Shown: in pieces, positions 32,498 to 41,823 of the stretch
How positions within the stretch are numbered: the first letter of the stretch is position 1
How the letters are laid out: every line of letters begins with the position of its first letter
Source: Candidatus Giovannonibacteria bacterium
Lineage (GTDB): Bacteria > Patescibacteriota > Minisyncoccia > JACPKW01 > UBA11713
Direction: 5' to 3'
Length of the DNA: 64,000 nucleotides
Assembly (NCBI GenBank): GCA_023266875.1
Contig: JAHFOJ010000001.1
Location: forward strand, 12,851-76,850
Translations under genes and position numbers: made by a program
The notes under the pieces: generated by a model
Databases searched by the model: none
What the model was told of the DNA's origin: nothing
Seen by the model: only the letters and a program-made list of their open reading frames with translations

Positions 32498-34171
32498 TTA
32501 ATTTGCAAGATCTTTCCTCAAAAGGATCTTGCTTGATCCTATTTGATTAACTTCCCTGTAATTATTGCTTACAAATTCTCGTATCGGCGGCTGAAATTTA
32601 AAGACAAAATCGGTCATGCGCTTATCAATCACAACATAACGCGGCGGGCGCGAAATTAGCTCTTTGAGAACCTCGGCTGGAGAAGGATAGGAAAAAAATT
32701 GCTCTTCAAAAGATGGGGCAAATTTGAAACCGAAAGGTGAAACGTCTTCAAACACTCCGCGACCCGCAAGCACAACTGGCAATCGATTTGCCGTAAATAT
32801 ATCTTCACCAGGAGCACTATTTTTTTCGATAAAGGATTCGAGAGTCCTCATTTCTGATTGTGTCCAATACCACCCCTCCCCTTTTGGATTTAAAAACCAT
32901 GCGCCCCCTGATATCCAGAAACTAAGTACCCCGAAAATAAATAAGACTTTCATAAAAAGGGAGAGGTCCCGAAAAGGAAACTGGGAAAAAGCAATTCCAG
33001 ACATGATCGCAACTATTGGAATGAATTCCCGAATATAGCCTGGATCCCAAATAGTGTAAGCTATAATTAAAATCAAAAACCAAACGAGGAGAAAAAGTGG
33101 TAAATGAGTAAGGTGCTCTAAAAACTTAAAGTTGTCACTAAAAATAAACTGTAAAAAAGAAATAATGATCAGAAGAGCAGAAATCATCATTAACAAAAAT
33201 ACCTCAGGTCGAAAGTTGGGCGCCACAAACCAGATATGCAAAGAATGAAATACAAGCGCGCCGTAAACAATTATTAATAGTGCGCTGATAATCCATCTCT
33301 CAAAATATTTAAAATAGCGCTTAATAAGAAGGATAAAAAAGAGAATCATTCCTGAAAATAGAAGCCAGCCCTCAAGCGCCAGCCCCTCAATAAAAGCAAG
33401 CCCCCATGTTCGGATCTGAAGGTAAAAGGAGGTACGCGCATGCGTAACATTTTGGCGCCACGCATTTCCATTGAAAATCTGCCAAATTAAGCCTAACCAA
33501 TATTCCCCAGCTGCTACTGCATTATGAGAGAAAATCCAAAGAAATATGGGCAAAAACCCGACCCCCATACCTGCCCAAAAAATTAGAACTTCCATGAGTA
33601 TATATCTCCCCCAAATTAGATATATTGTGAAGGCAAGCATCGCTGCAAGTGCCGACTGGCGTTCCAGATATGCTAAACCTAAACTTATCCCTGCAAAAAA
33701 AATCAAGAACCTACGATGACGGGTTATTCCATAATGAAGGGATAAAAGAGCTAAAAGTGTAAACATAATAGAAAAGGATTCAATTTTAATAATACTCTCG
33801 CGCCATAAGACAAAGGGTGAAAGCACATAAAATGCCGCCGCATACCACCCCGCGCGCTCAGAGCAAAAAGCTCGTGCTAAAAGAAAAATAAGAACTGCAA
33901 TCAAAGCAGAAGCAAGTAATACAGGAAGTCGTGCAGCAAAAAGATTACGTCCAAAAAACATAAGCGACAAATCGGTCAATATAATCAAAATAGGTGCGCG
34001 GGCAGAATAATCAGCGACAGGCACTAATCCTTGCCCAAACAAAATTGCCTGATGAATTCGGATGCCCTCATCCCCCGCTATCCTTACTAGCGGGAATACT
34101 AAAACGTGCAGCAGAATACTAAATGTAAAAATAAATATAATTTTCGATGAATTTTTCTTAAAATAGTCCAT
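32498..34171 (-). CDS. GT-C (GT39/ArnT-like) membrane glycosyltransferase
   Basis: GDEG, ARLP, multi-TM, periplasmic tail ending PRYVV. Confidence 0.78.
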   Translation of the reverse strand: MDYFKKNSSKIIFIFTFSILLHVLVFPLVRIAGDEGIRIHQAILFGQGLVPVADYSARAPILIILTDLSLMFFGRNLFAARLPVLLASALIAVLIFLLARAFCSERAGWYAAAFYVLSPFVLWRESIIKIESFSIMFTLLALLSLHYGITRHRRFLIFFAGISLGLAYLERQSALAAMLAFTIYLIWGRYILMEVLIFWAGMGVGFLPIFLWIFSHNAVAAGEYWLGLIWQIFNGNAWRQNVTHARTSFYLQIRTWGLAFIEGLALEGWLLFSGMILFFILLIKRYFKYFERWIISALLIIVYGALVFHSLHIWFVAPNFRPEVFLLMMISALLIIISFLQFIFSDNFKFLEHLTHLPLFLLVWFLILIIAYTIWDPGYIREFIPIVAIMSGIAFSQFPFRDLSLFMKVLFIFGVLSFWISGGAWFLNPKGEGWYWTQSEMRTLESFIEKNSAPGEDIFTANRLPVVLAGRGVFEDVSPFGFKFAPSFEEQFFSYPSPAEVLKELISRPPRYVVIDKRMTDFVFKFQPPIREFVSNNYREVNQIGSSKILLRKDLAN

Positions 34172-34272
34172 AGAGAAAGTCTGTCTTGGGCTTTTTCATT
34201 TTTAACGAGACATAGGTTTCTAAAAAAATAATAAGCGCAACAAATCGCGCAATAACAAAAAATTGATCATTG

Positions 34273-35898
34273 TTATTTTATGTGAAATTGGCGTTTAATA
34301 ACCGTCATTCCCTCTACTTTACTATACGATTCAGTTACGTCAAGCAAATTAGAATTTAGCTCTCTTCCTAAAAAGTAATGAGAACTTGGTATAAATATAT
34401 ACGAAGCTTTAACTCCACAATATATTTTTTCTCGCGAAAGGTTTGACCCTATACGATCTTCCACATCGATTCCATCTGCGCATAAAGTTATCTTTCTTCT
34501 AAAAGGGACTGATGAGACATCGTGCCCAACAATAAGTTTTTTTCGTGCATATTGCTTTAAAAGCCTTTGTAATAATGGAATGCGCCCAAAAGTGAAGCCA
34601 AAAAGGCGAGAGAGAATAAATGAAGCACTAGAAAAAACATATTCTCTAATGGAGTGCAGTAATCCTTCAGATGAAACATATTCTGGCATAGAAGTGATAT
34701 GATTTTTTTGATCGAGAACGCCGGAAATAAGTTTCTGGCCGTTATACACAACACCTATTCCTGAATCGAAATAAACCTTTCCTTTTGCGTATAGCCGGAA
34801 AGAGCCCCCCTTATACAGGTTAATAATAAAATAATAAGTACTATTTTGAACAATTCGAATACCGCTTGATGAGAAGAAAATATCTATACGACGGAATTGA
34901 AAATATGAGAAAATATCTGGCATATTTTTTATTTCTGAAAAAGAAATGCCTGCGTAAAGCCAATTGTAAAGAATATAGCAAAGATAACGGTCATCGAGCT
35001 TTTCTGGAGATATCCCTAACTTGCAGACAAGCGCCTCCTGCATAAAACTACTAATAACTAAGGCGTTTTGATCAAATCGAGCGAACATTACAAAACCGGA
35101 AGGGATGAGATATTCTGTATTGCGCGATGCATATTCTCCTCCCACCGTCAGATCGGGATGCAAAAAATTAATGATAAACGCTGAAGCTTTTTTGATACTT
35201 TCTCTAATTTCTGGACGATTCGTTTTAAGATAGCATTTTACAAGGTAATCAATTGTGAGGGATAAATAGCCTATGTCTGGGCCGCCATATTCATTCCACC
35301 AGCCTTCAGAGCGCTGAAGCGACAGAAAACGAGTTAGCATAGACTCAAATAACATTTCATATTTTTTGTCGCCTGTCAGTACGCCTAGATTGTACATTGC
35401 TAAAAGCGCTCCTGCAAATTGGTTTTGTACTAATAATTCCTCTCGGCCTGAAAGTAAATCAGCGCTTCTGGCAAGCATTGCCACGTGACTCCTGAAATTA
35501 TTTATCTTTGTAGCTCCTAAAATAAGAAGTGATTCGGAAAGCGCTGCGGTAACAAAAGCCGTTGAGACAAACGACCCCTCATGAGGATACCACTCATCAA
35601 ATGACCCATCCGCACGCTGAATAGTATGCGTAAAAGCGAAGGCTGCATTTATCCAATCCAAGAGAAGCTGATCGGCGAAGTAACGATTTCCTTCAAAATC
35701 AGTACTCCAAAGGAGACTCAAAGTTAGAATAGCTTCTTGGAAACGGGAGGAATTCATATCAGAAGAATGATAATGCCAAAAGGCACGATCAAACGAGCCA
35801 TAGGTTCGGGATAAAACATTCCGATCCAGCTGACCTAGTAAGCGCGGAATATTTTCGAGCACAGATTCAAAAAAAATATTTGATTTTATCTGTGACAT
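34273..35898 (-). CDS. hypothetical protein with a probable alpha/alpha-toroid N-terminus and beta-rich C-terminus (heparinase II/III- or terpene-cyclase-repeat-like)
   Basis: Repeats Q..DGSFDEW and Q.SEGWW.EYGGPD.GY; start placed at MSQIK. Confidence 0.55.
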   Translation of the reverse strand: MSQIKSNIFFESVLENIPRLLGQLDRNVLSRTYGSFDRAFWHYHSSDMNSSRFQEAILTLSLLWSTDFEGNRYFADQLLLDWINAAFAFTHTIQRADGSFDEWYPHEGSFVSTAFVTAALSESLLILGATKINNFRSHVAMLARSADLLSGREELLVQNQFAGALLAMYNLGVLTGDKKYEMLFESMLTRFLSLQRSEGWWNEYGGPDIGYLSLTIDYLVKCYLKTNRPEIRESIKKASAFIINFLHPDLTVGGEYASRNTEYLIPSGFVMFARFDQNALVISSFMQEALVCKLGISPEKLDDRYLCYILYNWLYAGISFSEIKNMPDIFSYFQFRRIDIFFSSSGIRIVQNSTYYFIINLYKGGSFRLYAKGKVYFDSGIGVVYNGQKLISGVLDQKNHITSMPEYVSSEGLLHSIREYVFSSASFILSRLFGFTFGRIPLLQRLLKQYARKKLIVGHDVSSVPFRRKITLCADGIDVEDRIGSNLSREKIYCGVKASYIFIPSSHYFLGRELNSNLLDVTESYSKVEGMTVIKRQFHIK

Positions 35899-37244
35899 GT
35901 AATTACGGCGACTGAACCAAGCCAACCAACCCTGCGCAATCCTTGCGCGCGCATCAATCCCGCAAGCATACGACTTATCACATCATCCCTGCGGTCGCGG
36001 TGTAAATAGCTAGAGCCTTCCGAACGAATATACTGTACTAACATTTGATATGCCTGCTCATAGAATGGTGGGAGAAAAAAATATCCCGACCATTGGATGT
36101 TTTTGAAACCGAGTTTTTTTAGTTCGCGTGTAATAAACGAGAGCCGCAGAGGCTTATAGGGGCCAAAAAAACTATAAATGCCAGTTTTGCGTAAATCTTT
36201 ACCAAAGAGCCCCTTAATTATAAAGAAAAAGAAGAAGAGAAATAGATTTGATTTGCGTGAAATAATGACCAACTTACCTCCATCGTCAAGCGCGGCATGA
36301 GCTCTTGCAAGAAATTCACACTTGAGAACGTCCGAAATACGTTCGAGTTTAAATATAAATGTGGCGGTTTTTGGCCTCGGTTCAGCCAACAGAGGCCTTA
36401 CTTCATTGTAAACCTGATGAGTGAATTGGGAAGTATTAAGATGATTTAATTCTAATGCTGCTGCCGTATAACGTGATGTTTCTGTCGTCAAATCGATTGA
36501 AATAATTTTCACCTCCCGAGGAAATTCCCGTAAATAACTGCCGTCATAACTTAAAAAATCAAAAATAGGGCCGGATACTTCCTTTAATTTTTCGCGAATT
36601 ATTTTTCGTTCAGAGTCACTTATAATATCCATCTCCTTGCCTAAAAATGTCTTGCGACAATAATATTTCTGGTGGTTCTTGAGATCATCAAGAGTCCAAT
36701 CGTTGGGATTATAAGTAAAAGGAGGCCTTCTTCTGAGCTTAAATCGTCCCCAATGAATTGTCTCGTTTACTGGGCGACGAGATACAACTGGCTGACTCTC
36801 GGCTCGCTCGTCCGGATAGCCTATTGTTACAAAGCAACAAATAACTTCTGAATCTGGAATCTCTAAAATTTTTTTAATCTTCCTATCCGCTCCATAACTA
36901 TTCATCGCCATAGCAGAGAGACCATAATAATGCGCAGCAAGCAAAATATGCCCTACAGCAAGACTAGCTCCTTGCATCGCCTCTTTATAGTTCCACCCAT
37001 CAAACGTCACAATAAGAATTGTAGGCACACGGCGAAGCATTGTATTGGAAGCTGCCTCATTGATTAATTGCTCTTTCGTTTCAGCATCCTCAATGACAAT
37101 AAAATTCCAAAGCTGCAAGTTGCAATTGGTGGGGGCGTACGTAGCAAGTGTTAAAATTTTCTCGAGGGTCTCATGATCAATCGGTTTAGGGAGAAAACTG
37201 CGAGCACTTTTTCGCGTCTCGAGAACTTCGAGAAAAGATTTCAT
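35886..37244 (-). CDS. nitroreductase-family domain fused to a degenerate SAM-methyltransferase-like domain
   Basis: N-terminal RKSARSF, APT..N.Q.W.F.V, IGYP; C-terminal FDFLSYDG and L..GGKLVI. Confidence 0.7.
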   Translation of the reverse strand: MKSFLEVLETRKSARSFLPKPIDHETLEKILTLATYAPTNCNLQLWNFIVIEDAETKEQLINEAASNTMLRRVPTILIVTFDGWNYKEAMQGASLAVGHILLAAHYYGLSAMAMNSYGADRKIKKILEIPDSEVICCFVTIGYPDERAESQPVVSRRPVNETIHWGRFKLRRRPPFTYNPNDWTLDDLKNHQKYYCRKTFLGKEMDIISDSERKIIREKLKEVSGPIFDFLSYDGSYLREFPREVKIISIDLTTETSRYTAAALELNHLNTSQFTHQVYNEVRPLLAEPRPKTATFIFKLERISDVLKCEFLARAHAALDDGGKLVIISRKSNLFLFFFFFIIKGLFGKDLRKTGIYSFFGPYKPLRLSFITRELKKLGFKNIQWSGYFFLPPFYEQAYQMLVQYIRSEGSSYLHRDRRDDVISRMLAGLMRAQGLRRVGWLGSVAVITCHR

Positions 37245-38173
37245 TTTACTTCAAAAGATTCTCGAATAACAAAATTTCTTTCCGAACGGTTATTTTGCCG
37301 AACTATTAATTCGCCCAATAATCCTAACGAAAAAGATTGGAAACCTACGAGCACCAAAAGCACGCCAAAAAGCAAAAATGGACGCGAACCGATAAGAACG
37401 CCCCAAAAAAGTTTCAGATATGTAAGATAGGCCAAAATAATAAAACCAATTCCTGAAAGCGAAAGTCCAATAATGCCGAAGAAATGCATCGGCCGGCTAA
37501 TAAAGCGACCTAAAAAAAGAATAGTTAAAAAATCGAAGAATCCTCTGAAAATCCTGCCAAAGCCATATTTTGATTTTCCAAATTGGCGGGCGCGGTGATT
37601 GATTTTTACTTCTCGGATCGTAAAACCAAATGAAGCTGCGATAGATGGTATGTAACGATGCATATCACCGTGCAAAAGAATTGTCTTGGCAACATCACGA
37701 CGGTACCCTTTAAAACAGCAATCCATATCGTGAACCTTGACTCCTGAAAAAAAACGATTCATTGCGTTCGCAATCCTTGAAAGGAAAACTTTTGAAAAAG
37801 GATCCTGGCGATTTTGTTTCCACCCGCAAATAAGATCTGCCCCGCTTTCAAATTGGGCTAAAAACTTTGGTATCTCGTGGGGATCATCCTGAAGATCACT
37901 ATCAAGCGTGATAATATAAGTACCTTTCGCCGCGTCAAATCCAGCCTGCAGCGCCTGTGACTTTCCAAAATTACGCGAAAAACTAATAACCCGGATTGGT
38001 TTGAGTTTCTTAAGCTTCAAGAGAGTATGATCAGTCGAGCCATCGTCAATAAAAATAATTTCAAATGATTTGCCTATTTTTGTGAGTACCTCTAATAATT
38101 CACTATGAAGGACCGCGATCGACTCAGCTTCATTGAAAACAGGCGCTACAATTGAAATTTCTGGACGATCCAT
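37241..38173 (-). CDS. GT2 ArnC/GtrB-like polyprenol-phosphate glycosyltransferase
   Basis: PVFNE, DDGS, RNFGKSQA, DSDLQDDP, HRYIP, two C-terminal TMs. Confidence 0.93.
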   Translation of the reverse strand: MDRPEISIVAPVFNEAESIAVLHSELLEVLTKIGKSFEIIFIDDGSTDHTLLKLKKLKPIRVISFSRNFGKSQALQAGFDAAKGTYIITLDSDLQDDPHEIPKFLAQFESGADLICGWKQNRQDPFSKVFLSRIANAMNRFFSGVKVHDMDCCFKGYRRDVAKTILLHGDMHRYIPSIAASFGFTIREVKINHRARQFGKSKYGFGRIFRGFFDFLTILFLGRFISRPMHFFGIIGLSLSGIGFIILAYLTYLKLFWGVLIGSRPFLLFGVLLVLVGFQSFSLGLLGELIVRQNNRSERNFVIRESFEVK

Positions 38174-38228
38174 AGTTGTAATAATAACACAGAAAACATA
38201 AAAATCAAGCCAGATTTTTTTACTTCAT

Positions 38229-38387
38229 TTAAAAAAGAACGTAGATAAAAGGGGCTAAAGCAGAACTTTCCGCAACTACAATCAGAGCCCCAAGTAAAAC
38301 CAAAAAGAAGATGATTGGCGCAAGCCACCATTTTTTACGCGTTTTTAGAAATTGCCAAATTTCAGAAAGAATTAATAGTTTTGACAT
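38229..38387 (-). CDS. SxtK-like (DUF5989) small membrane protein, 52 aa (not in ORF track)
   Basis: MSKLLILSEIWQFLKTRKKWWLAPIIFFLVLLGALIVVAESSALAPFIYVLF; RKKWWL.P and APFIY.LF signature. Confidence 0.88.
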   Translation of the reverse strand: MSKLLILSEIWQFLKTRKKWWLAPIIFFLVLLGALIVVAESSALAPFIYVLF

Positions 38388-39735
38388 GTAAAGATGCGCT
38401 CTTTGTAATATAATTTATGAGAAAATTAGCAAACAACTTTGCCTGCAATTTAGCCCCAGCCACATTAACATGGATGCCATCCCGCGTCCACATACTCGCA
38501 TCTGTGGGCATTTTTGCAGAAAAATCAAAAAAAGGAATCTGATTTTTGTTCGAAAGTACACGCACCATCTGATTATATTGTACGATCCCCTCTTTATAAA
38601 GAGGGGAGGATGTCTTTGCAGTTAAAGGACTGTACGCAAAGGAAAAAAGAATAGGCGTAGCACCTGCTCCTTTTGAAACTGAAATAATATTTTGAATATT
38701 GCGCTCGCTGTAGATACCTAAATTCTCTCCTAAAATTTCGAAAGCATCTTTATCTTTAAATACTCCTAAAGGGTACGACTTATTTTTTAATTGTGAATAA
38801 TATACACCTCCAACATACGTTTGAGCGTCATAAAGCTGTGAAAGCGCGCCGTAATGGGGAATAATACCAAATCGGCCGAATATCATCCTATAGATAACAA
38901 GTCTATTAAAAAATCCGATGTTCGGAATCGGCATTGGGCGCACACGCCCGGTATTATCCGGCTGATAAGCGCTTGACGGATAAACAAGCCTTGTTTCAAG
39001 CTCATTAGTTCCTTCATAAAAAATAACCATATCAGGCTGAAGATTCAACACGCGAAACTCAAGATTAATCAGAGTAGGCCAACTATCGTAATCACCCACT
39101 CCAGCATTAATAACTTCAACATTTTTGAAACCAAGTGCGCGTAACTCCTCTTCAAGCTGGTAAGGATAAGCATCTTTATATGTAGGAAGTTTGTCTCCGT
39201 ATGTTGTAGAGCCCCCGATAGCCACGATACGATAAATCTCTTTAGGTTTTGGAACTTGAATTTCTTCGCCGCGAAATCCCAACGAATTATGCATATCTCC
39301 GTCCGAATTTTTGTAGTTAGGCGTAGGGTAATAGCCAAGATATGGATGACGTGAATAGCGAAGATTTTTATTTCCGATCATATTATACGTAGCATATGTT
39401 GCAAAAATATCTTCCGATGCGTAGTGTTTAAGCCAAAAACGAAGGCTGAACTCGAGGACAAGAGAACCTAAAGCAACAGAAAAGAGAAATAGAAAAACAT
39501 TTTTCCATTCCATATATGATGTCATTACTATAAGGCTCGAGCGCCAAAATATTACCGCCGCACCAATTGTAGCCATGCCTAAATCAAATGCCCACACAAT
39601 ACGCACACTCGCACTGGCGAGTAAACCGTCCGTGCTCCAATAGCGCGAGATGGTCCAAACATTAAACACTGCAACAAATGCAAAAAATAAAATCCCAACT
39701 GCAAAAAATATTCTTTCTCTAGAATTGTCTTTCAT
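38362..39735 (-). CDS. membrane-anchored SGNH/GDSL hydrolase-family protein
   Basis: N-terminal TMs; NSLGFRG, GGSTT.G, INAGV, G.NE, DGIH blocks. Confidence 0.85.
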   Translation of the reverse strand: MKDNSRERIFFAVGILFFAFVAVFNVWTISRYWSTDGLLASASVRIVWAFDLGMATIGAAVIFWRSSLIVMTSYMEWKNVFLFLFSVALGSLVLEFSLRFWLKHYASEDIFATYATYNMIGNKNLRYSRHPYLGYYPTPNYKNSDGDMHNSLGFRGEEIQVPKPKEIYRIVAIGGSTTYGDKLPTYKDAYPYQLEEELRALGFKNVEVINAGVGDYDSWPTLINLEFRVLNLQPDMVIFYEGTNELETRLVYPSSAYQPDNTGRVRPMPIPNIGFFNRLVIYRMIFGRFGIIPHYGALSQLYDAQTYVGGVYYSQLKNKSYPLGVFKDKDAFEILGENLGIYSERNIQNIISVSKGAGATPILFSFAYSPLTAKTSSPLYKEGIVQYNQMVRVLSNKNQIPFFDFSAKMPTDASMWTRDGIHVNVAGAKLQAKLFANFLINYITKSASLHVKTINSF

Positions 39736-40006
39736 ATGATTCTCGGTGTTCGCTCCCAAGTGGGCGATAACGCCAATAACTTTCCATATATATCTCCATC
39801 TTTTCTCGATGCCGATCGGTTCCGAAAAGACGCTTGATCAATCCGAGTGGTGTAAGTATAATAAAAAATAATATACTTAAAATAACCCGGGTCATAACCC
39901 AGCCTAAAATAAGCACAAAAGTCATCCATATTCGCCAGAGAATTACTCCTAGGGGGAACTTCGTGACCAATTTTGGAATTTTTATTTTTCTAATTTCTTC
40001 AAACAT
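39719..40006 (-). CDS. SxtJ-like membrane protein
   Basis: WM.....LGWV.TRVIL...FF.ILTP.G...R; SYW; ERQF C-terminus. Confidence 0.85.
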   Translation of the reverse strand: MFEEIRKIKIPKLVTKFPLGVILWRIWMTFVLILGWVMTRVILSILFFIILTPLGLIKRLFGTDRHREKMEIYMESYWRYRPLGSEHRESYERQF

Positions 40007-40007
40007 T

Positions 40008-41768
40008 TTATTTTGAAATAAGAAATGAACCCATCACTAGGTAATCCATTTTTGTTTTTATAAAACAATTGTAAGCATCCTCAGGAGAAAGCACGATTGG
40101 CTCGTCAGATACATTAAATGATGTATTTATGATAACAGGTGTCCCATAAACCTTTCCAAATTCTGAAATGAGCTCATAAAAAAGAGGATTTGTCTGCTTA
40201 CTTACCGTCTGAATCCGAGCAGAATAATCTACATGTGTAACCGATGGAATATCTGAACGCACAACCTTAAGTTTTTCTAACCCAAATAATTTTTCTTCGG
40301 ATTCTTGAGGTGTTCTTCTGTGTACTTTTGAAACTTTTGCGACCAGAAGCATGTAGGGGCTTGGGCGGTCAATTTCAAAATATTCCGCGGCTTGCTCTTC
40401 AAGCACCGCCGGCGCAAATGGACGAAAACTTTCTCTAAATTTCGTCTTTAAATTTAAAATAGATTGCATCTCCGAGTTTCTGGCATCTGCGATAATGGAG
40501 CGTGCGCCAAGCGCGCGAGGACCAAATTCCATTCTACCCTCAAACCATCCGACAATCTTCCCTTCAGAAATTAATTTAGAAACCCGTCTAGCAATATCAT
40601 TTTTTAGAATTTCCTCAAATGAAATACAATTTTTAACTAAAAATATTTTAATCTGATCATCTGAATATTCTGGTCCAAGATAAGAACCATTCATTAAATC
40701 CATTTCTCCATTGACTGCTCGTGGTTTTCCCAAATAATGATGCCATGCAAAAAAAGCTGCCCCAAGTGCTCCACCAGCATCCCCTGCTGCAGGCTGGATC
40801 CACACATTATCGAAAGGACATTCGCGTAAAATTCTTCCATTGGCGACACAATTTAGCGCCACCCCGCCGGCTAAACATAAATATTTCTTTTTTGTCACCT
40901 TATGAACGTGTTGTACAACTTTGAGTATAATGTCTTCAGTGACCTCCTGAATTGAGCGCGCAATATCCATCTCACGTTGAGTAGGATTGGCTGAAGATTT
41001 TAATGGTTCACTCCCAAATAATTTATGGAATTTTCTTGAGGTCATAGTTAGTCCAGCTACATAATTGAAATATTTCATATCCATAATAAAAGAGCCGTCC
41101 TCCTTTACTTTGATTAATTTTTCTAAAATAAGATCCTTATATTTTGGTTCGCCGTAAGGCGCCAACCCCATCAACTTATATTCGCCATCATTTATTTTAA
41201 AGCCGAGATAATAGGTAAATGCAGAATAGAGTAGCCCGAGCGAATGCGGGAATTGTATATCTGCCAAAATTTGAATCTTATTATCTTTGCCTACTCCAAA
41301 ACTAACAGTAGCCCATTCTCCTACACCATCCATTGTTAAAAATGCTGCCTCAGAAAAAGGTGAGGGGAAAAAGGCAGAGGCAGCGTGAGATTCATGATGC
41401 TCTGGAAAAATTATTTTTCCATGATAATTCAGTTCTTTGCTAATCATTTCTTTCATCCATAATTTCTGTTTGATCCAAAGAGGCATAGCTTTCAGAAATG
41501 ACCTTATGCCAAAAGGAGCGGAGGAAAGATACGATTCTAAAATTCTTTCAAATTTTAAGAATGGTTTATCGTAGAATGCAATAATAGATATATCTTTTGC
41601 AGAAATTTCAGCAACAGAAAAACAATATGCGATAGCTGCTTTTGGGAAAGACTGATCATGTTTTTTTCTTGAAAACCGTTCTTCCTGGGCAGCAGCGATA
41701 ATTCTCCCATCTCTGATAATGCACGCGGCGCTGTCGTGATAGAATGCTGAAATTCCTAAAACATACAT
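40008..41768 (-). CDS. O-carbamoyltransferase (NodU/CmcH family)
   Basis: LGISAFYHDSAA, EERFSRKKH, HHESHAASAF, GGVALNC, EFGPRALG, NTSFN; start placed at MYVLG. Confidence 0.96.
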   Translation of the reverse strand: MYVLGISAFYHDSAACIIRDGRIIAAAQEERFSRKKHDQSFPKAAIAYCFSVAEISAKDISIIAFYDKPFLKFERILESYLSSAPFGIRSFLKAMPLWIKQKLWMKEMISKELNYHGKIIFPEHHESHAASAFFPSPFSEAAFLTMDGVGEWATVSFGVGKDNKIQILADIQFPHSLGLLYSAFTYYLGFKINDGEYKLMGLAPYGEPKYKDLILEKLIKVKEDGSFIMDMKYFNYVAGLTMTSRKFHKLFGSEPLKSSANPTQREMDIARSIQEVTEDIILKVVQHVHKVTKKKYLCLAGGVALNCVANGRILRECPFDNVWIQPAAGDAGGALGAAFFAWHHYLGKPRAVNGEMDLMNGSYLGPEYSDDQIKIFLVKNCISFEEILKNDIARRVSKLISEGKIVGWFEGRMEFGPRALGARSIIADARNSEMQSILNLKTKFRESFRPFAPAVLEEQAAEYFEIDRPSPYMLLVAKVSKVHRRTPQESEEKLFGLEKLKVVRSDIPSVTHVDYSARIQTVSKQTNPLFYELISEFGKVYGTPVIINTSFNVSDEPIVLSPEDAYNCFIKTKMDYLVMGSFLISK

Positions 41769-41823
41769 AATATCGAGTTTAGCATATTTGAAACTGTTGG
41801 CGCGAGGCGCTATTATACTTTTA

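Noticed and set aside
38229-41768. Saxitoxin biosynthesis cluster
   Set aside because: Only sxtI/J/K-like genes are present; there is no sxtA-like PKS or amidinotransferase, and the context is glycan synthesis.
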